Source of the DNA: Thermoproteota archaeon
Lineage (GTDB): Archaea; Thermoproteota; Thermoprotei; Thermofilales; B9-G17
Length of the DNA: 64,000 nt
Direction: 5' to 3'
Assembly (NCBI GenBank): GCA_029258885.1
Contig: JAPDJW010000003.1
Location: forward strand, 1-64,000
The translations under genes were made by a program, and so were the position numbers. Under the pieces are notes generated by a model, which was not told where the DNA came from, searched no databases, and saw nothing but the letters and a program-made list of their open reading frames with translations. Positions 26,204-35,188 of the stretch are shown here, piece by piece (positions within the stretch are counted from its first letter, which is position 1; the number at the start of each line of letters is the position of its first letter).

Positions 26204-28690
26204 ATGAAGTGGTATAAGATTGGTCGTGAATTCGTTTACCCAGACTATAAGCCGATGTTCCCTAGGGATCCCGAGTACAAGCTTCTCTCTGTTGACCTAG
26301 AGCTTAAGCTCAACTTTATGGAGAGGAGGGCCTTTGGGAAAGTGCTACATAAGGTTGAGGCCTTAACCAATATTTCATCCATAAAGCTGGATGCAGTCGA
26401 CATGGAGATTACTAGTGTTCACGTAAATGGTAAAGATGTGGACTTCAGCTATGATGGTAGTGTACTGGAGATATATCCCGGAGAGATTAAGAAGGGGGAG
26501 AAGGCTGAGGTCGAGATAGAATATGTGATTGAGAAGCCCATGAAGGGGCTATATTTCGTACCCTTTGATTCGGATGAGCCTGCCTATCAGGTCTGGACTC
26601 AGGGTGAAGCCGAGGATACTAGATACTGGATACCCATATACGATTACCCGAATATGAAGGCTAAGGTTAAGCTGAGCCTAATAGTTCCCAGCAACTATAT
26701 TGCCGTAGCCAACGGTAGGCTTATTGAGAAGGAGAAGCTGGAGGATGGATACTGTAAGTGGACGTGGCTTCAGGAGGAGCCCATATCGATATACTTGATC
26801 GCGTTTATAGCCGGCGACTTCCACATTCAGGAGGATGAGGTGGATGGATTAAAGCTAATGTACATCGTGCCTAGGGGGAGGGAGGAGGATATAGAGAGGA
26901 GCTTCTCCAAGACGCCTAAGATGATTAAATTCTTTGAGGAGTTTACGGGGGTTAAGTTTCCATACGTTAAGTATGCACAGGCATGCGTAACCGACTTCGT
27001 GGCCGGAGGCATGGAGAATGTTTCACTAACTATATTAACTGAATCGACGCTCCACGATGAGCATGCACATATGGACTTTAGAAGCGAGCCTCTAGTGGCA
27101 CACGAGCTTGCACACCAGTGGTTCGGCGACCTAGTAACCTGTAGGGATTGGAGCCATATATGGTTGAACGAGAGCTTCGCCACCTTCATGGAGATACTTT
27201 GGAGGAGGTTCGACCTGGGCGAGGACGAGTTTATCTACGGACTGATAGGGATGATGGATTCCTACCTGAGTGAATACGGCCGCTACTCTAGGCCAATAGT
27301 TATGAGGATATACGGTTCACCGGATGAATTGTTCGACGCCCACAGCTACCCTAAGGGAGCGCTGATACTGAGGATGCTCATGGAGATTCTAGGCGAGGAC
27401 GGCTTCAGGAAGGTAATAAAGAGTTACCTTGGAAAATACTCCAATAAAACAGCTGATACTGAGGATTTAAGGAAGGTTTTCGAGGAGGTCTGTGGACTGC
27501 AGCTCGACTGGTTCTTCGAGCAGTACATATATAACGCTGGACACCCGGTGCTTAAGGTTAGGTGGAAGTGGATTAATGAGGATAAGATGCTTGAAGTAAA
27601 TATCGAGCAGACGCAGAAGGATGATTCGTGGAGTGAATACAGGCTCCCACTCGAAATAGAGGTCGTCGGGGATAAGCCCGTTAGGAAGAAGCTATGGATA
27701 ACAGAGAAGTCAAAGACCGTATACATAATGCTCGATAGGAAGCCTAAGGCTGTGCTGATAGATCCAGAGTTTAAGACGTTTAAGGCGCTCAATCTCGACG
27801 TAGGCGTTGAAGAGCTGATAAACATAGTTGAAGCCAGTAAATACCTCTATCCAAGGGTTATGGCCGTAAGGAAGCTGGGAGAGAAGGGAGGACTGAAGGC
27901 TATTAAGAAGCTACACGAGATACTTGTAAATGAGGACGAGTTTTGGGGATTAAGGAGGGAGGCAGCTAAGGCTCTAGGCAAGATAGGTAGCAGTGATGCT
28001 TTAGATAAACTAGTTGAGGCTTTAAAAACAGCTAAACATCCCAAGGTTAGGAGGGCGATAGTAGAGGCTCTCGGCTCGTTTAAGGAAGATAAAGTCGTCA
28101 AGCCTCTAATAGAGGTTTTAAGAAATAGCAGGGAAAGCTACTATGTTAGGGCATCAGCCGTCCTCAGCCTAGCTAAGACGAGGCATAGGGACGCCTTTAA
28201 CGAGCTCGTAAAAGCCCTAGAATACAAGTCGCACAACCACGTTATATTAACGAGCGCACTGGAGGGGCTCGGAATACTGGAGCTGAACGAATCTAAGGAG
28301 ATAATACTGAAATACGTTAAGGACAAATCTATAATAGTAAAGTCTGCGGCAATATCAGCTCTAGGATACTTCACCTCAGATAGGAGGATTAGGGAGATAC
28401 TTTCATCCTATGCTAAACATCCTCATCCAAGAGTTAGAAGGGCAGTAATATCCGCAATAGAGAAGAGCATGGACGAAAGACTGCTGGAAGTACTCGACCA
28501 GATAGCATCAACAGACATACACGGAGGACTTAGGAGGAGAGCTAGGGACGCCGCTAAGAAGATAAGGAAACATATGGAGAAGGGAGTAGAATACAGGAAG
28601 CTTAGGGAGGAGCTGGAGAAGATCAGGAGGGAAGAGAGAAGGCTCGCCGAGAGAATAGAGAGGCTCGAAGCTAAAGGAGCCTACACATAG
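26204..28690 (+). CDS. pepN: M1 family aminopeptidase N with C-terminal HEAT repeats and coiled coil
   Basis: GGMEN, HELAHQWFG...WLNESFA, YPKG; repeated VRRA..EALG HEAT units. Confidence 0.93.
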   Translation: MKWYKIGREFVYPDYKPMFPRDPEYKLLSVDLELKLNFMERRAFGKVLHKVEALTNISSIKLDAVDMEITSVHVNGKDVDFSYDGSVLEIYPGEIKKGEKAEVEIEYVIEKPMKGLYFVPFDSDEPAYQVWTQGEAEDTRYWIPIYDYPNMKAKVKLSLIVPSNYIAVANGRLIEKEKLEDGYCKWTWLQEEPISIYLIAFIAGDFHIQEDEVDGLKLMYIVPRGREEDIERSFSKTPKMIKFFEEFTGVKFPYVKYAQACVTDFVAGGMENVSLTILTESTLHDEHAHMDFRSEPLVAHELAHQWFGDLVTCRDWSHIWLNESFATFMEILWRRFDLGEDEFIYGLIGMMDSYLSEYGRYSRPIVMRIYGSPDELFDAHSYPKGALILRMLMEILGEDGFRKVIKSYLGKYSNKTADTEDLRKVFEEVCGLQLDWFFEQYIYNAGHPVLKVRWKWINEDKMLEVNIEQTQKDDSWSEYRLPLEIEVVGDKPVRKKLWITEKSKTVYIMLDRKPKAVLIDPEFKTFKALNLDVGVEELINIVEASKYLYPRVMAVRKLGEKGGLKAIKKLHEILVNEDEFWGLRREAAKALGKIGSSDALDKLVEALKTAKHPKVRRAIVEALGSFKEDKVVKPLIEVLRNSRESYYVRASAVLSLAKTRHRDAFNELVKALEYKSHNHVILTSALEGLGILELNESKEIILKYVKDKSIIVKSAAISALGYFTSDRRIREILSSYAKHPHPRVRRAVISAIEKSMDERLLEVLDQIASTDIHGGLRRRARDAAKKIRKHMEKGVEYRKLREELEKIRREERRLAERIERLEAKGAYT

Positions 28691-28692
28691 GC

Positions 28693-28762
28693 TGTGCGGG
28701 CCCCGGGATCCCCTCCTTCATCGACGGGCCACCCCTACTCGGAGGGTGATACTAGGGCCCGC
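28693..28762 (-). ncRNA. Single-hairpin H/ACA box guide RNA
   Basis: GCGGGCCC-U-AGUAUCA-CCCUCC-GA-(GUAGGGGUGGCCCGUC)-GAUGAA-GGAGGG-GAUCCC-G-GGGCCCGC-ACA: lower stem, bipartite pocket, upper stem, GA/UGA K-turn-like motif, and ACA 15 nt from the top of the pocket; GC-rich island in an AT-rich intergenic gap. Confidence 0.8.
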
Positions 28763-28805
28763 CAATATATAATATCTACTTGCTACTTTTATTTTTGGTG
28801 CTTTA

Positions 28806-29519
28806 ATGTACATCTATAGGCTCATGGATGAAGTCTACGAATGTAGCATAGTTGAGAGAGTAAACAGGTTCGTTGTTTTAATAGAGATGGAAGGTAGGAG
28901 GTATAGGGCTAGAATAACCAATACAGGTCGCCTCCACGGCCTTCTCTATAGGGGTGCTAAGGGCTACTGTATAAGGAACAGAGGAGGCAGTACGGACTAT
29001 CATCTTATAGGAATTAACGTAGGCTTAGGGGATAGGGCGGCGCTAATAGATACAAAGATCCAAGAGGACGTATTCTACAATGCAGCTTCTGATGAAGCTA
29101 TACCATGGCTTAAACCATACACTATAGTTAAACGATACCCTAAGGTGGAGGGAAGGAGGCTCGACTTTAAGATAGGCTATGGCGATAAATTGGGTTTCAT
29201 AGAGCTTAAGAGCGCAGTACTGCTACACGATGGAATATACGGCGGCTACCCGGATTGTCCAAGCATAAGAGGAAGGGATCATATAAGGATACTAATTAAC
29301 CTTAAGAGGCGAGGATATAGGGCAATTCTAGCCTTTGTAGTAGCACATCCCCTAGCCGTAGCCTTTAAACCCTATAGAAAAGGAGACCCCATAATCGCAA
29401 GCCTTATAGAGGAAGCTCATAAGATTGGCGTGGAGACCTACGCATTGAAGATGTCTTTTCTTCCAATAAAAGAATTAATTATTATAGAAAATTTTCAGAT
29501 TAAAATAAATTATATATAG
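28806..29519 (+). CDS. sfsA: Sugar fermentation stimulation protein A (PD-(D/E)xK nuclease-like)
   Basis: RVNRFV, ITNTGRL, RLDF, IELKS, YPDCPSIRGRDHI. Confidence 0.92.
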   Translation: MYIYRLMDEVYECSIVERVNRFVVLIEMEGRRYRARITNTGRLHGLLYRGAKGYCIRNRGGSTDYHLIGINVGLGDRAALIDTKIQEDVFYNAASDEAIPWLKPYTIVKRYPKVEGRRLDFKIGYGDKLGFIELKSAVLLHDGIYGGYPDCPSIRGRDHIRILINLKRRGYRAILAFVVAHPLAVAFKPYRKGDPIIASLIEEAHKIGVETYALKMSFLPIKELIIIENFQIKINYI

Positions 29520-29609
29520 GCTGGAATTTAGTCGAGGTATGTAATTTTAAGCTTAAAATTATTAGATATGTATTTATATATCCCTTTACAAACATAATAA
29601 ATAAACTAA

Positions 29610-30989
29610 TTGTCGTTAATTAAGGTGTACTTTATGCGTATAATACCTACAGGTATACCTGTATTAGATGAAATATTAGACGGTGGATTAACCGAAGGGT
29701 CTCTTACGCTGATAAGCGGCTATGCAGGCTCCGGTAAATCGACTTTAGCTTCACAGATAGCATATAATTACGTTAAAAACTATGGTCAGCCAGTTCTATA
29801 CGTTAACTTCACCGAGAGTAAGGATAGCTTCTACCTTCACATGTCAAAGTTCGGCTTTAACTTTAAGGAGTATGAGGAGAAGGGTTTATTCCACTATATA
29901 GAGGCTGTACCAGGAAGCCTGAGGAGGACTGAGGAGCTACTGGCTAGGCTTAAGGATCTCATTAAGGAGAAGAAGGTAAGTATGCTTATAATCGATTCAG
30001 TTTCAGCAATGCTTGCTCCACTTGAAATTAACGAGGCTAGGAGGCTTTTTACATCCATAATTAACCATTTAACGAGAATTCACAAGGTTACCGTCATAGC
30101 AACTGCTGAGATGAGGATCGGTGAGGAGAGGGTTGGAATGGGTTTCGAGGAATTTATTGCTGACAACATTTTTGTCCTAGGCTTTGAGGAGAGAGACAAC
30201 CTGATATATAGGAAGATGGAAATTAGAAAGACGCGTTTCTCACATACCGAGAGGATATGTTTTGAGTTTATTCTCTCGGATGAAGGCATTAAGATATATT
30301 CCCCCCTAATAAAGGAGTATGAGCATAAGTTCTCGGATGAAAGAATTCCCACAGGCATAAAGAAGCTCGATGACATGCTTGGAGGTGGGCTTATAAGGGG
30401 TTGTCTAACATTATTTACAGGGCCCGTAGGTACTGGTAAATCTTTAGTGGCTCTATTGGCTGCCGTAACCAATGCTCTTCACGGCAGGAGATCTCTATTT
30501 ATAAGCTTCATGGAGGGGGTGGAACAACTTAAATTCAGGAGTAGAATGATGTTCGGCGATATATCTATGCTTGAATCAAATGGGAGATTACGGTTTTCCT
30601 ACATTAATCCAGTACTATATACCGTTGGAACTATTATACATAAGATAAATCAGTTAATTGAGGAGACAAAGCCTGACGTACTAATAGTGGATTCTCTACA
30701 CATGATCAAGCTAGCTCACAGAGGCATAAATCTGCCCGAATTCCTTTACCTATTAAGGCATTTAATAAGATCTAATGATATGGTGGGGCTAATAACTATA
30801 GTTTGCAATGCAGGGGAGGCCGTATGTGGAGAATACTCGAGTATGGCTGACATAGTAGTTCTCTTCGAGCTAAGGCGTGTCGACGATGAGGCTGAGAGAA
30901 CGGTGCTTGTTATCAAGAGCATAGCACCCGAAACATACGATAAACCAAGTAGAATAATCATTAAAGACTGGAAGATAGACCTAGAGTAG
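29610..30989 (+). CDS. Double-domain KaiC/RAD55-like ATPase; probable start ATG 29634
   Basis: IPTGIPVLDEILDGG, GYAGSGKS, IIDS, EEFIADNIFVL; second domain IPTGIKKLDDMLGGG, GPVGTGKS, IVDS. Confidence 0.9.
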   Translation: MSLIKVYFMRIIPTGIPVLDEILDGGLTEGSLTLISGYAGSGKSTLASQIAYNYVKNYGQPVLYVNFTESKDSFYLHMSKFGFNFKEYEEKGLFHYIEAVPGSLRRTEELLARLKDLIKEKKVSMLIIDSVSAMLAPLEINEARRLFTSIINHLTRIHKVTVIATAEMRIGEERVGMGFEEFIADNIFVLGFEERDNLIYRKMEIRKTRFSHTERICFEFILSDEGIKIYSPLIKEYEHKFSDERIPTGIKKLDDMLGGGLIRGCLTLFTGPVGTGKSLVALLAAVTNALHGRRSLFISFMEGVEQLKFRSRMMFGDISMLESNGRLRFSYINPVLYTVGTIIHKINQLIEETKPDVLIVDSLHMIKLAHRGINLPEFLYLLRHLIRSNDMVGLITIVCNAGEAVCGEYSSMADIVVLFELRRVDDEAERTVLVIKSIAPETYDKPSRIIIKDWKIDLE

Positions 30990-31063
30990 TGGCAATTAAA
31001 TATTCATAAATATTTTATTTTTTCTATTATAAGTAATAGTTACATTACCTTAGCGTATTTGTA

Positions 31064-31363
31064 TTGTTTCCAGGATACATGTATCGTAAGCTATATTTAT
31101 ATAAAGTTAGATATCAGAGTATAATGTCGTCTGTAGAGATTATTGACCTGAGGTATGAGGATTATAGCTGTAGAGGAAATGCTGTAGATTATCTAATTGA
31201 GGCTTTAAGGGGATTTGAAAAAGGAGATAAAGTTAGGATTTTAGCTGATAGCAGTGACCTGCCTTTGCGAATATTAAAATATATAGTTAGATTGAGGGGC
31301 TTTAAGATACTTGAAAGCAGGGAGGAAGGCGGTGTATCCTACGTTTTAGCTATTAAAGAGTAA
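31064..31363 (+). CDS. TusA/SirA-like small protein; probable start ATG 31124
   Basis: IIDLRYEDYSC...GDKVRILADSSD...GFKILESREEGGVSYVLAIK matches the TusA fold pattern; CPxP motif is altered. Confidence 0.65.
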   Translation: MFPGYMYRKLYLYKVRYQSIMSSVEIIDLRYEDYSCRGNAVDYLIEALRGFEKGDKVRILADSSDLPLRILKYIVRLRGFKILESREEGGVSYVLAIKE

Positions 31364-31416
31364 AGGTTTTATTTGCTAAAATAATTCTTATATTACAGCT
31401 TTAATCGGCTGATACA

Positions 31417-31785
31417 ATGAAGATGTATTGTGAAGTATTTACTAGATACGTATTGCCGTCGTTTAGGCTACTGATATCGAAGAAGCTGGTAAAGGAATAC
31501 GGCTTCAGTCAAGTAAAGACGGCGGGGATACTCGGTATATCTCAGGCAGCGGTAAACTACTACCTTAGGTTAAAGAGGGGAACTAGGCTGACTGGTATAC
31601 TTGAGAACGATGAGAAAATACAGAGTTTTGTAGATGAAGCTACGAGGCTTATAAGCGAAAACAGGATGATGGAGATAGAAAAGGTAATATGCGATATGTG
31701 TAAATACGTGAAGTCAAATAGTGAACTGCTTGAAAAAATACTTACAGCAGTAGGATTAACTAGGGCGGATATCTACATGGCTTAA
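31417..31785 (+). CDS. Archaeal HTH transcriptional regulator (COG2522-like)
   Basis: MYCEVFTRYVLPSFR..ISKKLVKEYGFSQVKTAGILGISQAAVNYYL. Confidence 0.85.
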   Translation: MKMYCEVFTRYVLPSFRLLISKKLVKEYGFSQVKTAGILGISQAAVNYYLRLKRGTRLTGILENDEKIQSFVDEATRLISENRMMEIEKVICDMCKYVKSNSELLEKILTAVGLTRADIYMA

Positions 31786-31918
31786 AGCAACACTATTTAC
31801 TTCCCCTTCCCCCAAATCTACGTTAAAAGATTTTACCGTAGTTTCTAAGTAATTAAAATCTGCGAGATACTTAACGCTTAATTTCAACTGCCAGTTAAGC
31901 AGGTACGTCTATGGATTA

Positions 31919-33202
31919 ATGTTTGTAGCGAGTAGTTTATTTACCAGAATACTTACAATATTACCCGAGGAAAATATGAGAATAAAGCTCGTACTGTTCC
32001 TAATTCTAATACTAGCATTGCTTCAAGCCGATGTATGGGCACAGCCGTTAATAGTGGTCGTTGAAATTAAAGGACGTATAGATGAGGGGGCCTACTATAC
32101 TCTAAAGAAAGCGGTTGCTGCCGCCACTAAATACGGTGCACAGTATCTTATAGTAGTTATAGACAGCTATGGAGGATACCTCTATTCAATGGATAAGATA
32201 ATAAGCGAGATAAGCAAGTGTCCCAGTCCATGTATCGTATGGATTCCGCCCGGAGGCAAGGCTGTTTCAGCTGGAGCTATAGTAGCTCTAAGTGGAGACG
32301 ATATATTGGTCGGCGAGGGAAGCGTACTGGGGGCATGTAAGCCATATCCAGCTGACGAGAAGGTGGTTCAGTATGTTAAGGCTAGGATAAGAAGCCTAGC
32401 CGAAAGAAGAAACCTCAATGAGTCCGTCATATTACTTCTGGAGGAGATGGTTACTAGAAGCAGAGCATTCTCTGCAAGCGAATTGCTTTCACTAGGTCTT
32501 GTAACGAGGTATGCAAACAGCTTAAATGAGGTGTTGAACTACTTAAATGTAAGCAACGCTAAATTCGTTAAAATTGAGGCCGACGTAGTTTCGGAGATTG
32601 CATCTATAATATTCGATCCTGGAATAGCGTCAATGATGCTGATAATAGGAATACTCCTTATAATACTGGAGCTTAAGGCTACAGGGTTCCAGGGATGGGG
32701 CGTAGTGGGTGGAGTAATGGTTGCAATAGCACTTTACGTGTATGGGTTTATAGGCTGGAATCTAATGACGCTGACGCTAATACTATTGGGCATCACTGCA
32801 ATAATAGCTGAACTTAAAAAGCCTGGAATACAGGTTTTCGGAGCCATGGGAATATCGATGATGCTCCTAGCAATACTACTTGAATATATGAGGCAGCCGT
32901 ATATAGACATCTTATCCTACGCCGTACCAATACTAGCATTCACGGGCGTGGTATCCGGCGTAATACTTGTAGTTATAATTAAGGCGGCCGAAGCCATTAG
33001 AATGAAGAAGCTAACCATTAGGGATAAGCTGATGGGTAAAGAGGGTATTGCCAAGACAAGCATTAAGCCTGGAGGCACTGGAGTAGTACATGTTGAAGGG
33101 GAGGACTGGACCGCAACTTCAAGCGAATCCATAGATAGGGGCAGTAGGGTTAAAGTCATTGATGTTGAAGGATTAACGGTGATCGTGGAAAAAGTTAAAT
33201 AA
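31919..33202 (+). CDS. nfeD: Long-form NfeD (ClpP-like protease domain + TM + OB fold); probable start ATG 31976
   Basis: IDSYGG, AVSAGA, GEGSVLGA, C-terminal G.V.VEGEDWTA. Confidence 0.9.
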   Translation: MFVASSLFTRILTILPEENMRIKLVLFLILILALLQADVWAQPLIVVVEIKGRIDEGAYYTLKKAVAAATKYGAQYLIVVIDSYGGYLYSMDKIISEISKCPSPCIVWIPPGGKAVSAGAIVALSGDDILVGEGSVLGACKPYPADEKVVQYVKARIRSLAERRNLNESVILLLEEMVTRSRAFSASELLSLGLVTRYANSLNEVLNYLNVSNAKFVKIEADVVSEIASIIFDPGIASMMLIIGILLIILELKATGFQGWGVVGGVMVAIALYVYGFIGWNLMTLTLILLGITAIIAELKKPGIQVFGAMGISMMLLAILLEYMRQPYIDILSYAVPILAFTGVVSGVILVVIIKAAEAIRMKKLTIRDKLMGKEGIAKTSIKPGGTGVVHVEGEDWTATSSESIDRGSRVKVIDVEGLTVIVEKVK

Positions 33203-33229
33203 GAGGGGCTGAGAGATATTCTTGAGGGT

Positions 33230-34135
33230 ATGTTTCAAGAAATATTCTTTGAATTAGGGTACCAGCTTATAGTGCTTATAATCCTTCTAATATTTATTCT
33301 CGCCATAATCGCCGCTTACATTAAAATCGTGCCAGAGTACCAGAGGCTAGTAGTGTTCAGGCTTGGTCGAGCCATAGCAGTAAGAGGACCCGGACTGGTA
33401 ATACTGACTCCCTTTATAGATAAGGGAGTAGTGGTCGACTTAAGGGAGCAGTATATCGAGATTACTAGGCAGACCTGTATCACTAAGGATAACGCGCCAG
33501 TGGATATAGACTTCCTAATATACTTCAAGATACTCGATCCTATGAAGAGCGTGCTTGAGGTAAGCGACTTCAAGGGCGCAGCAGTAGGCATAGCTACCAC
33601 GACCCTGAGAGCGGTCGTGGGAGATATAGATCTAGATCAAGTCCTAGCGAGGAGGGAGTATATAAACGAGGTCTTGAGATCCAAGCTTGACGAGGTTACA
33701 GCAAGGTGGGGAGTAAAGGTAACAGCGGTAGAGATAAGGGAGATACTTCCACCGAGAGATGTACAGGAGGCAATGATCAAGCAAATGGCAGCTGAGAGAA
33801 ATAGGAGGGCTATGGTTACAGAAGCGGAAGGTAAGAAGGAATCGGCAATTAGGGTGGCTGAGGGTGAGAAGCAATCACTAATTTTAAAGGCCGAAGGCGA
33901 GAAGCAGGCCACAATACTTAGGGCTGAGGGTATAACTCAGGCTCTCTCCATGATAAATAAGGTTGCACGGGAGCTTGACTCAAGGGCGATGCTACTACAG
34001 TACTTCGAAGCGCTGAAGAGTATCGCATCATCTCCATCAACCAAGATAGTTTTGCCCATGGAGGTATTCAAGCTACTGGGACCCTTGGAGAAGTTCAGCA
34101 GAGCTATAATTGGTGGAGGAGAGAAGGAGAGCTAG
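33230..34135 (+). CDS. Stomatin/SPFH (band 7) protein
   Basis: PEYQRLVVFRLGR, DLREQ, ITKDNAPV, WGVKVTAVEIREI, QMAAERNRRA; follows nfeD. Confidence 0.95.
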   Translation: MFQEIFFELGYQLIVLIILLIFILAIIAAYIKIVPEYQRLVVFRLGRAIAVRGPGLVILTPFIDKGVVVDLREQYIEITRQTCITKDNAPVDIDFLIYFKILDPMKSVLEVSDFKGAAVGIATTTLRAVVGDIDLDQVLARREYINEVLRSKLDEVTARWGVKVTAVEIREILPPRDVQEAMIKQMAAERNRRAMVTEAEGKKESAIRVAEGEKQSLILKAEGEKQATILRAEGITQALSMINKVARELDSRAMLLQYFEALKSIASSPSTKIVLPMEVFKLLGPLEKFSRAIIGGGEKES

Positions 34136-34191
34136 TGTTCATATTTTGAACATAAAATAGTTTTTTATTTTACATCTAAACTTTCTAAAAC

Positions 34192-35058
34192 ATGCCACTT
34201 TCACTCATACTGCTTATGCTCCACATATTATCCATAATTTTAGCGTCATATAATTCTCCAGTTAATACGGGCGCCCAGCCATCCATTATCCTATACTGTA
34301 ATGGTCAGGCGCTGGAGGTAAGCGAGGATTCATTCGCCTATAAAACGGTGCTGGCACTAGTTAATAAAATACTGGATAGCAATTTAACGCTACTTAGATG
34401 CGTCCTACCCGACAGCTACGTTAATAGTAGGGTGCGGTTAGTAGTATCCTATGGAGAGCATGTACGTATCCCGTTGAATGGAGGCGTCTACGTAAATGCT
34501 TCGAAAATAGCCATCATACTATTTGAACGTAAACTAGTCTATAAGGATGGCTCAAAATACTGGGGCTGCCTAGCGGGAGACATAGACTACCTAGTAGACG
34601 ACCTGATAAACGTTTTAAAGGATTATCTCTCCGAGCTTTCGCCTATAAGCTACGTGGAACACTTAAGCTTTTTCTCAGGAATTAAGGAGCCTTCAGTATA
34701 TACCTTAAGCCTTCCATTCATACCCTCAGCCTTCCTAAGAAACTTCAGTAGCTACGTATCATCCACCATTAAAAGCGGGGAATACTTCGGTCTCATAGTG
34801 GGAAGAGGACTGAAGAATACGGGAGGATACTGGGTGAAGCTTATCAGCGTAAACATAGACTATCAGAGGAAGCTCATAACATTCCTCTTCTACGCTAGAA
34901 ATCCCAGACCCGGTGAAATAGTCATACAAGTACTAACGGAGCCAGCCTCAATGGTAGTAATAACCAGCCAATTAAAGCCGGGAACTTATGCTGTAAATGT
35001 AACGGTTACTGGAGACGAGCATCTAACGTATACTATGACTATAACTGTTGAAGATTAA
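34192..35058 (+). CDS. Secreted protein with C-terminal PrcB-like domain
   Basis: Hydrophobic N-terminus; GLKNTGGYWVKL...PRPGEIVIQVLTEP matches the PrcB C-terminal pattern. Confidence 0.65.
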   Translation: MPLSLILLMLHILSIILASYNSPVNTGAQPSIILYCNGQALEVSEDSFAYKTVLALVNKILDSNLTLLRCVLPDSYVNSRVRLVVSYGEHVRIPLNGGVYVNASKIAIILFERKLVYKDGSKYWGCLAGDIDYLVDDLINVLKDYLSELSPISYVEHLSFFSGIKEPSVYTLSLPFIPSAFLRNFSSYVSSTIKSGEYFGLIVGRGLKNTGGYWVKLISVNIDYQRKLITFLFYARNPRPGEIVIQVLTEPASMVVITSQLKPGTYAVNVTVTGDEHLTYTMTITVED

Positions 35059-35188
35059 GCATATAACGTGGAGCATCGCTAAACTACATGTTGAATTGAA
35101 GTCATCGCTAAATCTATTTAAATCGATATAGAGGATCCGCCGTAATCGAAATATATATCACGTATATAAACCATGATATTGTGATAAT

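Noticed and set aside
26204-28690. M1 aminopeptidase-HEAT fusion as a novelty
   Set aside because: This architecture is already known from other prokaryotes.
28693-28762. Interpretation as a tRNA, BHB intron remnant or simple terminator hairpin
   Set aside because: No cloverleaf or TTC T-loop, and no U-tract; the pocket, K-turn-like motif and ACA spacing fit an H/ACA RNA.
29610-30989. Calling the KaiC-like ATPase a circadian clock gene
   Set aside because: No kaiA or kaiB, and archaeal KaiC/RAD55 homologues are widespread without clock function.
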